Under the pieces are notes generated by a model that had not been told where the DNA came from, searched no databases, and was given only the letters and a program-made list of their open reading frames with translations. The translations under genes and the position numbers were made by a program. A stretch of DNA of 61,481 nucleotides, the filler included, from Dimargaris cristalligena (taxonomy: Eukaryota), in assembly GCA_003614675.1 (NCBI GenBank). It is 8 parts of 8 records of this genome, joined end to end, with 100 filler letters (N's around TTAATTAATTAA, not from the genome) between each part and the next. Parts side by side here need not be neighbours in the genome. Positions count along the whole stretch, not along the records: positions 1 to 7,631 come from ML003397.1; positions 7,732 to 15,355 come from ML003398.1; 6 more parts are not named here. One strand, 5' to 3'. How positions within the stretch are numbered: the stretch's first letter is position 1; every line of letters begins with the position of its first letter. Positions 1 through 12,889 of the stretch are shown here, piece by piece.

Positions 1-188
1 GAAAAGGGTGGATTAGCCAATAGAAATATATAGAAATCAAAGGGAAAATTTGTATAGAAAGAATGGGTTAAAGGGGAGGGGAAAAAAACTGGTTATACCA
101 GAAAAAAAAGCCACTTCATACCCTGCATAATAATAATAATAGTAATATAATTAGTGTGGCTTATAGGGGGACAGTACACCTTGCCACA
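1..188 (-). mobile_element. Terminal fragment of a putative LTR, homologous to 14942-15140
   Basis: The reverse complement of 1-188 aligns by eye with 14942-15140. Both begin TGTGGCAAGG and share blocks such as AACCCATTCTTT and TATATTTCTATTGG. Confidence 0.6.
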
Positions 189-1490
189 CCAGGACTCTTG
201 ATGGACTAAGAGTGGGTAACTCAGGTGACAGCACTAAAGTCCCAGGATATATACTATACTAACTATATCCCTAACATGACCATGGGGTTTGGTTATGTTA
301 AACTTAAATTCATTTAATAGCTGCTCCCAGGCAGGAACTGCCACCTCTGGGATTATTTAGTATGACAAAGCCACCACAAAATAATCCAATACCAATCAGT
401 CAATTATTTGGTCCAGTAACTTAGTACCTGAATTAGTATTACTCTCAGCAATATTACACTTGCTCCAGTTAAATCAAAGCCTGGGTTTAATAATAGGGCC
501 TCTAATTGTAATGGCTGGTTGATTAGGGACAACTACCAAGGTACTGCACAGTTCAGAATGATGAAAAGGCCCTTCCTTCTGGTTACCCAGTTGGATGTCC
601 AATATCTCTAATTAAGTACCTATCTTGGGCCACCCATTAGCTTTCCTGAAACCTAGATCAATGTCCTACTTAAACACCCTTTCCATTACTCAGGGCTATA
701 TAAATAAAACTACATTTGATAAGGCAAAAACTACTGGTTAAAAATTAATTGTCTACATGCTTTATCATGACCTATAATTAGAAATGTTATACAGCTGGTC
801 TGAATGCCACCATATGGAGGTTTGAAGAAGAGGGAACACATGTTAAACAAGTTAGTAAGCCCAGCTGAAATGAATGGAGCCACTATTCCTAAGTCAACTC
901 TTCTAATAACTATAGCCCAGAAACATATTCCTGGACATTTCCATAATAAATTATATTATATCCAGAAGTGCACTAGCTAATTGATCCTGTTTATGGTTGC
1001 ACTAACCCCTTCAGTGGCATTTTCTGCTTTACATTCCCAAACGGGAATAACATTTGCAATTAATCAGTACTTCCAGACTTGCCAGTGTTGTGGTCATATT
1101 TAATACCACAAGGTAATATAGCCTGATAACCTTATCAGGGCTGGCTGGAGCAGTCTCAGTCCAGTGGAAAAAACTAACTAACTAAGGAAAACATGCACTT
1201 AGAGGGGATGATTCTTATCTGATCTTCCGACAGGGACAACTAGGGTAACCAGGGATCACACAGGGATCCTTCTAGTGTATGGTAGATAAGGCACAATGAA
1301 TGGGCTTGGGCCAAATTGACAACAGGGATAGAGCAAGACTGGTGGATCGAAATAACTAACTGGTAGACTATACTGTTAGAATGTTTAAATGAATTATAAC
1401 TGCAAGCTTTATTATATAAGTATATAATCACAAGTAAAGAGGGTAATGAATAAAGAAGAAAGCCGCAAAAAGAAAATAATAACTCCAGTT
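189..1490. repeat. Degenerate, CpG-depleted repeat-derived DNA
   Basis: Only a handful of CpGs in 1.3 kb and no credible ORF. 195-230 (GACTCTTGATGGACTAAGAGTGG) recurs in reverse complement at ~15880-15913 on another contig. Confidence 0.5.
690..812. mobile_element. Degenerate MITE copy
   Basis: Shares CATTTGATAAGG, ACTACTGGTTAAAA and TTATACAGCTGG..TGAA..CACCAT with the intact copies; left TIR eroded. Confidence 0.55.
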
Positions 1491-1494
1491 GAAT

Positions 1495-1633
1495 TGGGGA
1501 GAAGTTCATTCAGGCTGTATAATGAAAAATTCATTGGGTGAGGCCAATATTACTGGTTAAAAGCTTTTCTCACATATATTCGCCCATACATGTATTATGT
1601 AAAACCTTATACAGCTGGTTTGAATTTCATCCA
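1495..1633. mobile_element. MITE copy (subfamily A)
   Basis: GGGAGAAGTTCATTCAGGCTGTATAA ... TTATACAGCTGGTTTGAATTTCATCCA imperfect TIRs; similar to 18679-18816. Confidence 0.75.
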
Positions 1634-2792
1634 TTGTTTTCTTGAATAGAGGATGCACCCATAAGAATGGGGATGCGGCCATTATAAAGTGAATAAAATA
1701 GTGCTCACAAGAGCTGAACAAGAATCGCGATAGGTCATGTGATTTCTAACATATACTTGGTGTAAAAAACTGCCTGTTTATTAGGAGAATACCCAACTGG
1801 TATTTATATGAAATGTAATAAAGAAGGCCGCTAATGTTGGTGGCTCTGAGGGTACTAAGTCTGGGGATATGCCCCAGACTTCTATAACTAAAAGATCCTC
1901 AAGTTATGAATAAGAACTATGAATACTGAATATTGAATATTGAATACTGGAAAACCGGCCTAGCCATTGAAGGGCTTGTAACTGGGTGGGAAAAGATGAA
2001 GACTGGCCTTTGGTGATGTTCTTCATCTTTTCTAAACTAAAAATAGTTTGGCCGGGATATGCTATTAGAGATTAAGTAGGCCTGGCCACAACAACAGTTT
2101 GCCTTAGTTTTTCATAGGAAAACCTTGTAAATGGACTAGCTTGTTGCCAAGTGGGGCGATAGTATCAATATTCCGCTCATTGTCTGGTAATTGGGAATAG
2201 TAGATGTAACAATCTGCCATGTCCGGTAGAGTGTTTGATGACTTGTTCATAAACGCCATTGACCATTACATCAATGTATGTATTAGACGTCTATTATAAG
2301 CCACCTACACTGTAGTCCTTCGTCAGCTAACGGGGCCCAGCCCCCGCTGATTAGGATTTACCTATACGCCCTTATTAACCAGAACGGTTGAATTAGATGG
2401 AAAATTCCGCTAAAACAATCTTAAGCACATTAAAATTTGGAGGGAAAGTGGGCGATTTCAATAGCATAACACCTACCCAGTCGGGAAAATTTTCCATTAC
2501 ACACTGCCAATTAGGAATTCATCCACAGTGCAAAGTAAGACTACCCAAGTGGAGTGAGACTTTCTAAAACCTAACATAGTTTTTTTTTGATAACGGACTT
2601 TGATGGGGCTAAAATATTTTAAATGTTTAGCAAGTAGATGTCCGCCTTTTGAAATACAGTCTTGTCCAGGCCCGTAAGGGAATCTCCACTATTTCCCATT
2701 CAACTTACAAGTCTCGTCGCCCCTTCTAGGCATTGCTTTTATCTTATTCCACCCATTATATATATTTTTTTTTGGAAACCCATACCTTCACA

Positions 2793-4200
2793 ATGCAAGC
2801 TTCTACACCCCCACCAGCGGCTCCTTCGCGTGCTCTTTGCGGAGTATGCCAGGCGAATGCCTGGAAATACAAATGCCCCGGCTGTCTATGCCTTACCTGC
2901 TCCCTCGATTGCTCCAAGGCCCACAAGAAATCGAGCGGCTGTACTGGACAGCGGTCCAAGACCCACTACATTCCTATTAAAGTATTTACCGACGACGACC
3001 TGAGCAGTGGTAAGTTTGCACCCTCCATTTCACCTGCAGGCCCACAATGGCCTCCTTTTCCTTGAATCTGCATCGGAAACTGTCTTCAAAAAGGGACCGC
3101 TGGTCTAGGCGATTTGCATTTCTAGAGTATATGCGGACTTTTTTCAGGTACTTTTCCAGCCCGGGTCCATATTAAACATATATTTTGCTTGTCCGCACAC
3201 GGGGATATCGTTTATATATATATCTATATCCACCTTATTACCATGCAGATCTTTCATTCATCCAGGATGTCTCTCGAGCTGCGGATCACTTCAGTCGTGA
3301 ACAAAAACAAGTTAGGAACCCCTCAAGCCGATTATCTGAACTCGCATCCACCCACCGGAGCATCGACCTTGTCATTTTGGCGGAAGGTATGTCTCGACAC
3401 CAGACTAACCAAACCTACTGGCACAAATCCAGCCAGCGGTTGGTATGGACTATAGAGTTCCGCATTCACTCGCCTACTCCATTGTCTTCGTCACCCGCTG
3501 CGTTAATGTCGATGGACGCGACCCCGCCAGACTCTCCGCCCGTTACTGAGAGCGCACCGCCGCTGGAAACCACGGTGGTGCTCGACACGGGCATCCATGA
3601 TGACCATACCTGGGCCCAAGTATTGGTACGACATTTCGGCAGGCCTTTACCATCGATGGAGTCCCTAGCTGACGAGGAGGGCCCTAAGCCTACTTCACCG
3701 GTTACCACCGGGTCGGATACCAAACCGGCCGCGAAACGGCGCCGTGGAGGCGACAAGTCCAAGTTGCCCGAGGTAGTCCAAGCAGTATATCAAAAAATTG
3801 ATACGGCCCAGATAATCTTGTTGATGCGCAATAATTCGTTGCCGGTAAGTGGATAAGCATTGGAAGAACCATTGGATACGAATACGCTATATACATGAAT
3901 TAGTTAGCCCTACCTGGTCCATGCAACCTCTAACCCTCTCTTTTTTTTTTCACATATCTTCACCACTGGGCGACGGTGACTGCAATTGGCCATGAATTGA
4001 TATTTTAAATGGGTGATACTGATTTGAAAATATAGGCCAACTGCGTTCAGTACTACCAGCTCAACCCCCACCAATCTATCGCAGACTCCCTTCGTGGTAA
4101 ACGGATAATTGAATACCCGACCGTGGATATATTTACCCAATTACCAACGGACCGAGTTCTAACCCCTAGTGATCCGCTCAAGGAGTCCACCGAATCCTAA
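2793..4200 (+). CDS. BCD1: Box C/D snoRNP assembly factor Bcd1/ZNHIT6 (zf-HIT); exons 2793-3009, 3249-3844, 4036-4200
   Basis: zf-HIT CGVC..KYKCPGC..TCSLDCSKAHK..GCTG, DLSFIQDVSR, MSRHQTNQT, WTIEF and C-terminal SLRGKRIIEYPT. GTAAGT donors and CAG/TAG acceptors keep the frame. Confidence 0.9.
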
Positions 4201-5522
4201 ATGAATAAAGTGTATGTTTCTACACCCACTCGCCCAACGATTCATGGGGCCACTATACGTAAACATATATATATATGGAAAGCGAAACGCCATCAAATCA
4301 CGGAAGAGGGGGCCGAGGGCTATTCCATAATTGCAGTTACTCGGATGACTGGGCATTTCTAACGTACATTTCACGCCATCACGAGGCAAACAGCCGACCA
4401 CTGAATGGCCGCAGAGTTGCGCCTATTCTGAGTGTTTGTGCAGCGATCCGCCACTCTCAGGTAAAGGTCCCAAATGGGAGGATATATACGTAGGTAAAAG
4501 GGCAGTACCTGATATAGTATATACGCGAGTGGCGCAAATAACGAGGCAGGGTCTGGGTTAGGCTCATTAAGTAGGACTACAATAGTGGAGGTGGAAGATA
4601 TAGTTTGCCTGGGCCGAAATAGATAGAGCTAAATGGCCACCGCATCCGGCCGTGCTCATATAGCTTGGCCAATGGGCGACTGGGTCGGTGGTTAGCTTGA
4701 GGATATTCGATTGGTATAGCCGAGGCAATCCTAGACGGGAAAACGAGTAGAGAACGAACTGAGATTATATTCGCTTCCCTATCTGGGCATATCGTCGAAT
4801 CAACGGCTAGGAGAACGGGAGGGGGGTGCTGATGAATCCCCTCCCCTCTTCCTTCTCCTCGTTTTTTGGCTACCCCAGGGGTTTTTTACTCAGGCCTTTC
4901 CCTAGTCCGTTGAGCTCAACGGTACGCGAAGAACGGAAGATACTTTCCCCGCTGCTATCCTGCCCCACTTTCTCACCGTTAGTGTTCCATGGTACGGAGG
5001 GTCTCGCCCTGCAATCGACGGCAGAAGCGACGCTTTTCGAAAATGCCACCAATCAGTGGGATAGATAGGCCTGGGTCGCTGTTTCATGAGAGGTATGTAT
5101 GCACACTGGGGTGGGCCCAGTTGGTTACACATGTCAGAGCCCTGGGGATGTCTTCCCCACCGCCTTGGGAAATTAGTCAGCCTATTTGGCTTGGAATGCC
5201 CCCTTTCTATACCTATCTGTTCTAAACTAAACTATATGCGTCCGTTGTGTCTGGTCTATATTTACCCAACCCTTCGGCCCCTTGGCTGAGCTCCTGTTTC
5301 GGCCCTTCTTTCCCGCTTTCGCATTCCTGCTTTGCCCGCAGACTCTCTCCTTTATCCGTTTACATTCTTCTCGCTTCGTCTCCTTCCCCTCTTCTTCACC
5401 GCATACCTTGATTTTGCACTATACTCCACCACCACTACTTCTTGATCGATTCCTTTCCTTTTTCGAGTGAAACCTCTTTCCCCAGTCCCACTTTCTCTGT
5501 GGTTATATAGTCCCCCACAAGC

Positions 5523-6590
5523 ATGGCCAAGTTCAATTCCTTGGACAGCTACCTACTAGGGTTAAACCCCGATTCCCCTGAGAATACTCCCGCCATCACC
5601 GCCCAGGAGTTTCAGGACGAGCTAGCCCTCTGGGCCGGCACCCAGTTTAATTTCGACCCCCAGGCGGCCGCCAGTTCCTTGAACCTACTTCAACCCGGTT
5701 TCATGTTCGATCCCACCTCGGCTCTACCCGCCAACCTAGCCGGGGTGGATTATCTGCAGCAGCTTACCCACGGGACGGCGTCCGCCACCTCAGCCGGTAC
5801 TACTGCCTCTCTCACAGGCCCCTCTACTACGCCAACCTCTGCCAATAACCCGAATCTCGGTCGGGGGATTCCCCCCAGTCCCCACCACCTGACCCACAAC
5901 GGAATCATGTCCCCTCTTCGTTCCTACAATCCTTTACTGGATCTGCTGGCCACTCAGACTAACCAAACCCCCGTCGGCCGGGAGGTGTATCTCCCCACCC
6001 TACTCCCCACCTCGGCCCCTGGTCGGCGGTCCTCCAAGCCCCCTTCCCCACCCCAGGCTCGCCATATCCAGCCCGTCCAACCACTGAACCCGGTCCAACT
6101 GGAGCCCACCACTCCCACCCAACCCGAGACTCCCCAAACTAGCACCGCTCGGTCGGTCATGTCCTCCCCCCCTCCTTCGGACTCCCATAACGGTCTGACC
6201 GATAACGAGAACAAATTCAGTGCCGAGGAGGACAAGCGTCGCCGCAACACCGCTGCCTCCGCCCGCTTCCGGGCCAAGAAGAAGATGCGCGAGCAGGCCC
6301 TGGAAACCAAGGCCGAGGAAATGACCGCTAAGGCCGATGCCCTGGAGAAACGCGTGCGGGAGCTGGAGACCGAGGTCAAATGGCTACGCGGCCTTGTCAT
6401 CGAAAAGGACCCCTCCCTGCTTAACCACCCCCCTGCCACTGGCCACCCGTCCTCTTTGGTTTTGTCATCGTCTAACAGCAGGGCCGTGGGTCTCGGGGAT
6501 CCTTACGGTCGTTCCCAGGTGATCTCAACTCTCACGTCCCCCCTTCCCTTGGCTAAGCGGGCTAAACTTTCTCCTTCTAACCAGCATTAA
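5523..6590 (+). CDS. bZIP transcription factor, Zip1/MetR/Cys-3-like
   Basis: Single-exon 355-aa ORF with basic region EEDKRRRNTAASARFRAKKKMREQAL, a leucine zipper ending ETEVKWLRGLV, and an N-terminal ELALW..TQF.FD motif. Confidence 0.88.
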   Translation: MAKFNSLDSYLLGLNPDSPENTPAITAQEFQDELALWAGTQFNFDPQAAASSLNLLQPGFMFDPTSALPANLAGVDYLQQLTHGTASATSAGTTASLTGPSTTPTSANNPNLGRGIPPSPHHLTHNGIMSPLRSYNPLLDLLATQTNQTPVGREVYLPTLLPTSAPGRRSSKPPSPPQARHIQPVQPLNPVQLEPTTPTQPETPQTSTARSVMSSPPPSDSHNGLTDNENKFSAEEDKRRRNTAASARFRAKKKMREQALETKAEEMTAKADALEKRVRELETEVKWLRGLVIEKDPSLLNHPPATGHPSSLVLSSSNSRAVGLGDPYGRSQVISTLTSPLPLAKRAKLSPSNQH

Positions 6591-7298
6591 CTTAGTTGAG
6601 AAGACACGAGAGAAATATTCAAATCTCGCCTTTCAACCCTCACTCCCTATTAAACGTATAGTATATCTCCGGTAGCCCTACATACGATTATTTTAATTTA
6701 ATTGTGAATATATATTTCAGCTTGATTAGAATTCTTGTTTTCGACCTTGCCAATCTCCTAGTATTGGTTTTTCCTTCTTTTTCGAATCATTTTAACACCC
6801 CTCACCCTCCCATCTTTTTATTGAAACGGACAATATTTAATTTATTTTTTATTTTTTAAAATTCATCTGCACATGCCATCTGGACATTTTCTACTTATTC
6901 TCAATCATAGATATCCACACTATTTTTTCTTTTCAAACTTAATTACTTTCTAAATATTAATTTAGCGAATAAACGGACGCTTTCTCTTTCAGCTACCGTT
7001 CAGAATTCAAATGACTGAAAACACTCGAGGATACGCTCCACGCCAACCTGCATATTAACTGAGCATAGTGCTTCGGAAAGTATATAACTATACCAGAAAT
7101 ACCCTAACACTATGAGCCAAGGGTGAGCCATGATCAGACTATGATATTCAAGAGTATTGAACCACAAACCCATACCAAGGCGTGTAAACATAGTCACAAA
7201 TCATTAATACGACATCCTTCGTTTCTAACATGGACTTCCACTATACTCAACCTCCCCAGAACTATCGCGGTCCATAGAGTACCGCAGTTAATAACTAA

Positions 7299-7631
7299 TT
7301 AGGCTTTAATTTCAGATGGATATATGTAAAAATTTAAAGAATCAAGCAAAAGTAAAATATATAAGAAATATTCCAACGGAAGTTGATCATCACCATCCGC
7401 ATTTTCTGCATCGCCATCGACGTCCATCCTGCTATCACTATTATTACCCTTCACGGCCTTGGCCTGATAACGGGCGGCCGATTTCGCGGAAGTGATGTTC
7501 GGAAGCATCTTCGTCTGTGCCCGGAAGGTCCGGAACTCTGCGGCCCGGTCACTCTGGGGGGCGATGGCCGGGAAATTCCGCATGAAATAGGCCAGGACCG
7601 CGGGGGCGCGCCGCGACGGGGCCAGGTAGAA
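7299..7631 (-). CDS. Fragment of an unidentified gene cut by the contig end
   Basis: GC-rich open frame running from the spacer (FYLAPSRRAPAVLAYFMRNF...MDVDGDAENADGDD). The 3' end is uncertain. Confidence 0.4.
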   Translation of the reverse strand, partial: FYLAPSRRAPAVLAYFMRNFPAIAPQSDRAAEFRTFRAQTKMLPNITSAKSAARYQAKAVKGNNSDSRMDVDGDAENADGDDQLPLEYFLYILLLLDSLNFYIYPSEIKA

Positions 7632-7731
7632 NNNNNNNNNNNNNNNNNNNNNNNNNNNNNNNNNNNNNNNNNNNNTTAATTAATTAANNNNNNNNNNNNN
7701 NNNNNNNNNNNNNNNNNNNNNNNNNNNNNNN
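7632..7731. other. Artificial contig spacer N44-TTAATTAATTAA-N44
   Basis: 100-bp linker with stops in all six frames; identical to the six other spacers. Confidence 0.98.
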
Positions 7732-10700
7732 ACTTAAGGAGTTGAGATTATACCATGTCCTTTTGTTATATATTATTCGGTTGGTTGCCTTGCTGGCTTA
7801 GGCGGCTACTGCTCACTACTTGCCCGGTGGGGGCGGATATAGGGGGAGGAATGAGCTGGACGATTTCATTGGTCGCGTGCTCTAATTGCTCTATAGTTGG
7901 GTGATCCGCCTCGCCCGGCGGTTGCAGGTTCTCTACGGCCTACCTGTCCGTGAAGAAACTATTACACTGTAGCAGACCTGTGCAATGAAGAATGAAACAT
8001 CCTGCGGGACGGGAGTAGTCGCCCCTGTTGGTTTTTATCTAAACGAACAGTTCCCGTCACCTTCTAGGCTGAGGACGCTTATTTTGTTAGCCATTTCGAT
8101 GCCAATAAATCATATAGGCACTACGTACCCACTTCTTCCTTTCCGTCTTTACCAGTCCAATTCCCTCTTTCCATTGTTCACCCTCGTAGAGGAGAAACGG
8201 GCAAATAGTTGTATTCATTATGTAGTTGGAGGAGTGAGGCATGTTACCCCATGGCCTTAGATACTCGCAGCATAATAAGCCAGCTATAGATGCAAAGATA
8301 CTTTGTTGCTTTATATTTACTAGTTTAGTGAGCTTAGTTTTTAGACAATGTTATCTGGCGGCATATATTAGCCCTCCATAATTAGCCCACCCATGTTAAA
8401 TAATGTGTGTATTGTCCTACCCCGTGGCATGGCTGGCAGTTCAATTATACACTCTACGGGCGTTCCTGTGGTACGCCACCCCAGGGTAAACAGGCCAATG
8501 CCATTTCCCCAGCAGCTAGCTGCACCTCTTCATCGTCGACACTGGTCTAGTGACTGAATGAAATCTGTTTTTTTTTTTCATTATCAAAATCCACCATAAT
8601 CCCAATTGACAAGGGATGTCCAGTATCGGGTAGGCCCACCTAAGTTGGATGTTGTGAAAAATGGATTCGATAACACAGTTTCAGACGCGCATGTATTTAT
8701 AGATATATACTATGACCCTAACCATGTACCTTTTAATCTGGACATAGTTACAATCTATACTGGATAAGTTCCAATATGTTATATATTGAATATTTCAGTT
8801 GGTTAAACTGATTTGACTGGTTCAAATATAAACCCCCACAACTAATACCATTCCCACTTTGTTCCAAATCGTATGCAGCTGTGCCAAATTTCACATATTC
8901 AAAGTGAAGACAATGTCTCTTCACAGCATATTATTACCCATTGATGGGCAAGTATAGTCTCCAGAATCCTTACAATCTACTTTTCCACCTATAAATACCC
9001 CGTGCTGTCCCATGTTAATTCCAATCACCATATATAAATAGTATTTATACTTGATTGATTTTCATCCAACCTCTCTCTCCGACCGAAGTGCAGGTTTCCT
9101 CCACTGATCCCCAATCAATAACCCAAGTAAAAAAACATCACTGTGGCATTCAGATACACGACTTACCCAGCATCCCCAAGGACAAATCCAATGCCAATCA
9201 GGAGACCGTTGGCGGGACTATGTGATTTTTAATCCCAAGGCCACGTATACTAGGCTGGTGGTATGGTGGTTTCTCTTATATATAGTTGGGAGATATCATT
9301 GCCCACCCTCCAACTGTTGGAATGATAAATACGATGGTAAACGCAAGTGCCTTCGGATACAACTAAAATGATTTGAAAAAGAGAGAAAGAACCGCAAGGG
9401 GCACAGCTAGATGCCCGCGGTTGGTTTTATTGAGTTGGGTATTGGCAGTAATAATGATAAAAACGGCGTCCCAAGTATAGGGTGATATAGCTATAGATAC
9501 AATAGGGTCCTGACTATAGAACGAGCCAATCAGAGACATTTAGTCAGTGGGACGGGAGAAATAGATTTCTGACAGATCCTCCTACCAGGCCACCTAGTCT
9601 AAACGCTACACCAGTAGCCATTCGGGTAGGTAGTATGGAGGTGCCCTCGGAGACCACAGGCTAGTTGTAGGCTAGGCAGGCTAACTAAGGTAATGTAGCT
9701 GCACTATTTTTTTAAGGGGGTGGCATAGGACCATGTAATAAAATTATATAAGCAGTAGGCCCAATAGATCAGACACGGTTGCCTTCAAAAGCAATCGGTC
9801 CCTATAGTAGATATGGGCGGCGAATACAAAACTGTGGTAAAGGGAATAGAGGGACAAGAAGAGAGGCTACGCAAGTGATCCTGGCCATAGTGATTACGGA
9901 CATTAGTTTAAATATTCCACCCATTATGCCCGGGTGGAAGAGGTGGTGGCTGTGGTTGGTAAGGGAGGATTTTAGCTTCTTTGGGTCCCCATCTACTAAC
10001 CAATGTGTTTCAAAGGGAGGCTGTTGAATAGTAAATAGCAAAATAGGAGAAGAGGAGCATTGTGTTTTGATTTTATATTAGTTAAAAAGCATCGTCGAGT
10101 ACACATAATGCCTATAGCCGGCGGTCGAAACTGTCGAAACAAGGATAATAAACGTAGATCATATAGGAAAAATTAGTACTTATCTAAAATACCAATCCAT
10201 CGAGCCATATTTCGCTATTGTAGCCGCTTGAACGCTCAGTAGTTAATTAGTGGAGGTATGTTAGAACATAGTAGGATGGGTAAATTTAGCTCGGTAAAAT
10301 GCAGATTAGATGGATGATTATGTGAGGGGGGGTTGGTGGCCATTGTAGTCTAAACTACTGGTAAATACTGGAATGTATCCGCCTGGGACGAATATAAGCA
10401 AGCACCACTTACGACAAGGATATGACGAGCTCTTTGTTGATAAAAATGGGGTCGGATATTGATAGAAGGAGTTGAATAGAAATGGAGGTATATGATAGTC
10501 GATACTGGACTGCTGCATTGGTATATGATTTGACTAGGTTATATATAGACAAGAAGACTTAAGATGTAGATTCTGTACCATCAGAAATGTACCAGAAAAC
10601 ACTACTATTAGTTGTAATAGATGGATATAATACCTACACCGGAATCGCGAATATAGATAGGTGTAATATGTGAATATCGAAGTAGGAATGACCGAAGGGA

Positions 10701-12454
10701 GGTGTTTTCTTCGCTGATTGAATTCCTACATCCCAGTTATAAAACTAGGGGATGTTGGCACCCAAAGCCCATAGACGAGTCAGTCGTAATATTCTTGATA
10801 ATTAAGAACGACATCAGTCGTCACCCACAAAAACACTTACAATATAGTAAGTACCGCCTTAAATATTACACTGGCTGAATCAAACTTACTAACCCTGCAT
10901 ATTCACCACAGTGTGGGGCATTGGCAAGGGGTGTAGGTAAAACAACTTATGCAGTATGAAAGCCACAATCTTCGATAAAAACCAATGGTGACTCTATGCG
11001 GGCCTTGACTAACCAAGAGGTTGTATCCGGATAAAGAATTGGTTGGGGATTTTGGGGAACGGGAGGGGTTGGCCCGAAAGAGGGTGGCCCTTGGCTGTAT
11101 ATCCGGGAACAGGTTTGTTATTTTAAACCCTGCTATAAAGCACCCAGAATTTGTCCCTGGGAAGTCGGTCGCCGTGACCCAGAGCAATAATGATTGGTAC
11201 GCACTGGAACTTGGAAGTTGATTATTACGGATGGCAGATGATATCCCCCAACTATCCTGAGAGATTAACAGTCGACAAGCTGGATAGCCACTTCCAAGGT
11301 ACTGCTAACTACCTGGATACATGGGCGAATAAAGAGGCGTAATGATCAACCATGCAAGTCAGTGGTTTTTCAACCCAAAAGTAGGCTGGTACCAGTTCAA
11401 AATCCAGGGTATATAGCGCCGAATACCAGGATTCTAATATGCCAATTAACATTTCACTGTTATGTATATAAAATAACTTAGATGTAAATGATTTAGTACG
11501 GTATGATCCTGAATAACTTCACCCAAGTTGCTTCTGATGCTGTTGTCGATGTGGCGATACACCCGTGTCCCTCCCAATATTGTGTGGGGAAAGGATCATT
11601 GGAATACTAAGTTGGTTGAATAGGAATAGAGGTCCCTTGGTATTTCTTTCGAGTCGATTGGTACACGGCTATCAACCTAGCTAATCACTTGTATCTTGGA
11701 GATCCAGTCGTTTTACAGTCAGACGTTCACAAGAGCTTATGAATAATTACCACGACCCCGGTGTTAGCGATTCCGGGAATACACTGGAAGTAATTTTCTA
11801 ATTTTAGATGGCGTGTGGTCCTTCAGTCGGATGCTTCTAGACTGTTGAACAATCAATACTACCCATCATAAACCTACATTTGCCCTTGATTGTTTAGAAC
11901 AGATGGACAGATGAATTAATTGGATAATAGCATTGTTACAAGAAGTACAACCCTGAATTGGTTTATTTAGCAAGTTACTGTTGCCGAATACCCACGTCCT
12001 GATATCTACTAATCAGAACAACAATGATACGGAGCCCCATTCAATATGGAAGGTAAAAGCCACTTTCGACTTCCCAGTGCTAATTTATGATACAAGGTAC
12101 ATAAAGCAACCTTCGACATTATTACCCATCTTGATTGGCCCAACCAATTCAGTGTTCATGCAAGAAGTATCCTAAATGGATAGGGGGAGTGGGGTTCCAC
12201 GTTGTGATGGGTCCGTCTATAAATACCCCCGGGTCATCCACGCCTTATTAGTCACCACCACTCGTATTGCACATTCTCCTTTTTACCACTCTCCTGGGTT
12301 CCGATACTTGGCTAAACTATACTTCAGAATACCGCGGCGCAGCACCCCCCCCCCCATTTTTTTTTTGAATTGATTGTTATAGGGGTTCAACCACCGACTA
12401 GTTGGAATTATCCCGATAAAAACCCGTCTCCCATATCCACCACCACGACCCACT

Positions 12455-12889
12455 ATGCCTTCTTCATCGACATCCCCCGTTTTGGCTCCCTTATCGGATG
12501 TGTCTGAAGTAATCTACGAGATACTAATAGCCGAACTGGCCGCCCAGAACCTTGTGCAATCCTATCACCGTTTTCATAAACCAGATGGCCAAATCAATGG
12601 CAATTCCCTAGTGTTCGCCCAACTACGCAAAACGCCGAATAAATCGGCCATCAGTATCGTCAAATTCCGCTACAGTTACCACCAAGAGTCTATCCACCGG
12701 ATTCTAAGAGATCTCTTTTCATCTTCTTTTGACTATACCGTTTATGTTGTTGATGATGAGATGGCCGCCAAGAAAATTACCTCCCTACTATTTTCCGGGA
12801 AGATTGACGAGCTGGTTCGACAGGATAATATCTCCGTGGCGCGTAGCAACATTTACATTGAGTTTTTCAGACCCCAAACGACCCATTAA
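12455..12889 (+). CDS. Orphan 144-aa alpha/beta protein
   Basis: ATG-started ORF with globular composition; TATA-like CTATAAATA at ~12217 followed by a pyrimidine-rich leader. Confidence 0.55.
   Translation: MPSSSTSPVLAPLSDVSEVIYEILIAELAAQNLVQSYHRFHKPDGQINGNSLVFAQLRKTPNKSAISIVKFRYSYHQESIHRILRDLFSSSFDYTVYVVDDEMAAKKITSLLFSGKIDELVRQDNISVARSNIYIEFFRPQTTH

Noticed and set aside
7383-7679. ORF-track entries that run into X residues (also 23126-23452)
   Set aside because: They end at the artificial spacer stop and show no protein-like signal.
10950-11300. Protein-like fragment LYPDKELVGDF...IKHPEFVPGK
   Set aside because: Flanked by stops, no ATG or splice model, and no family recognised.
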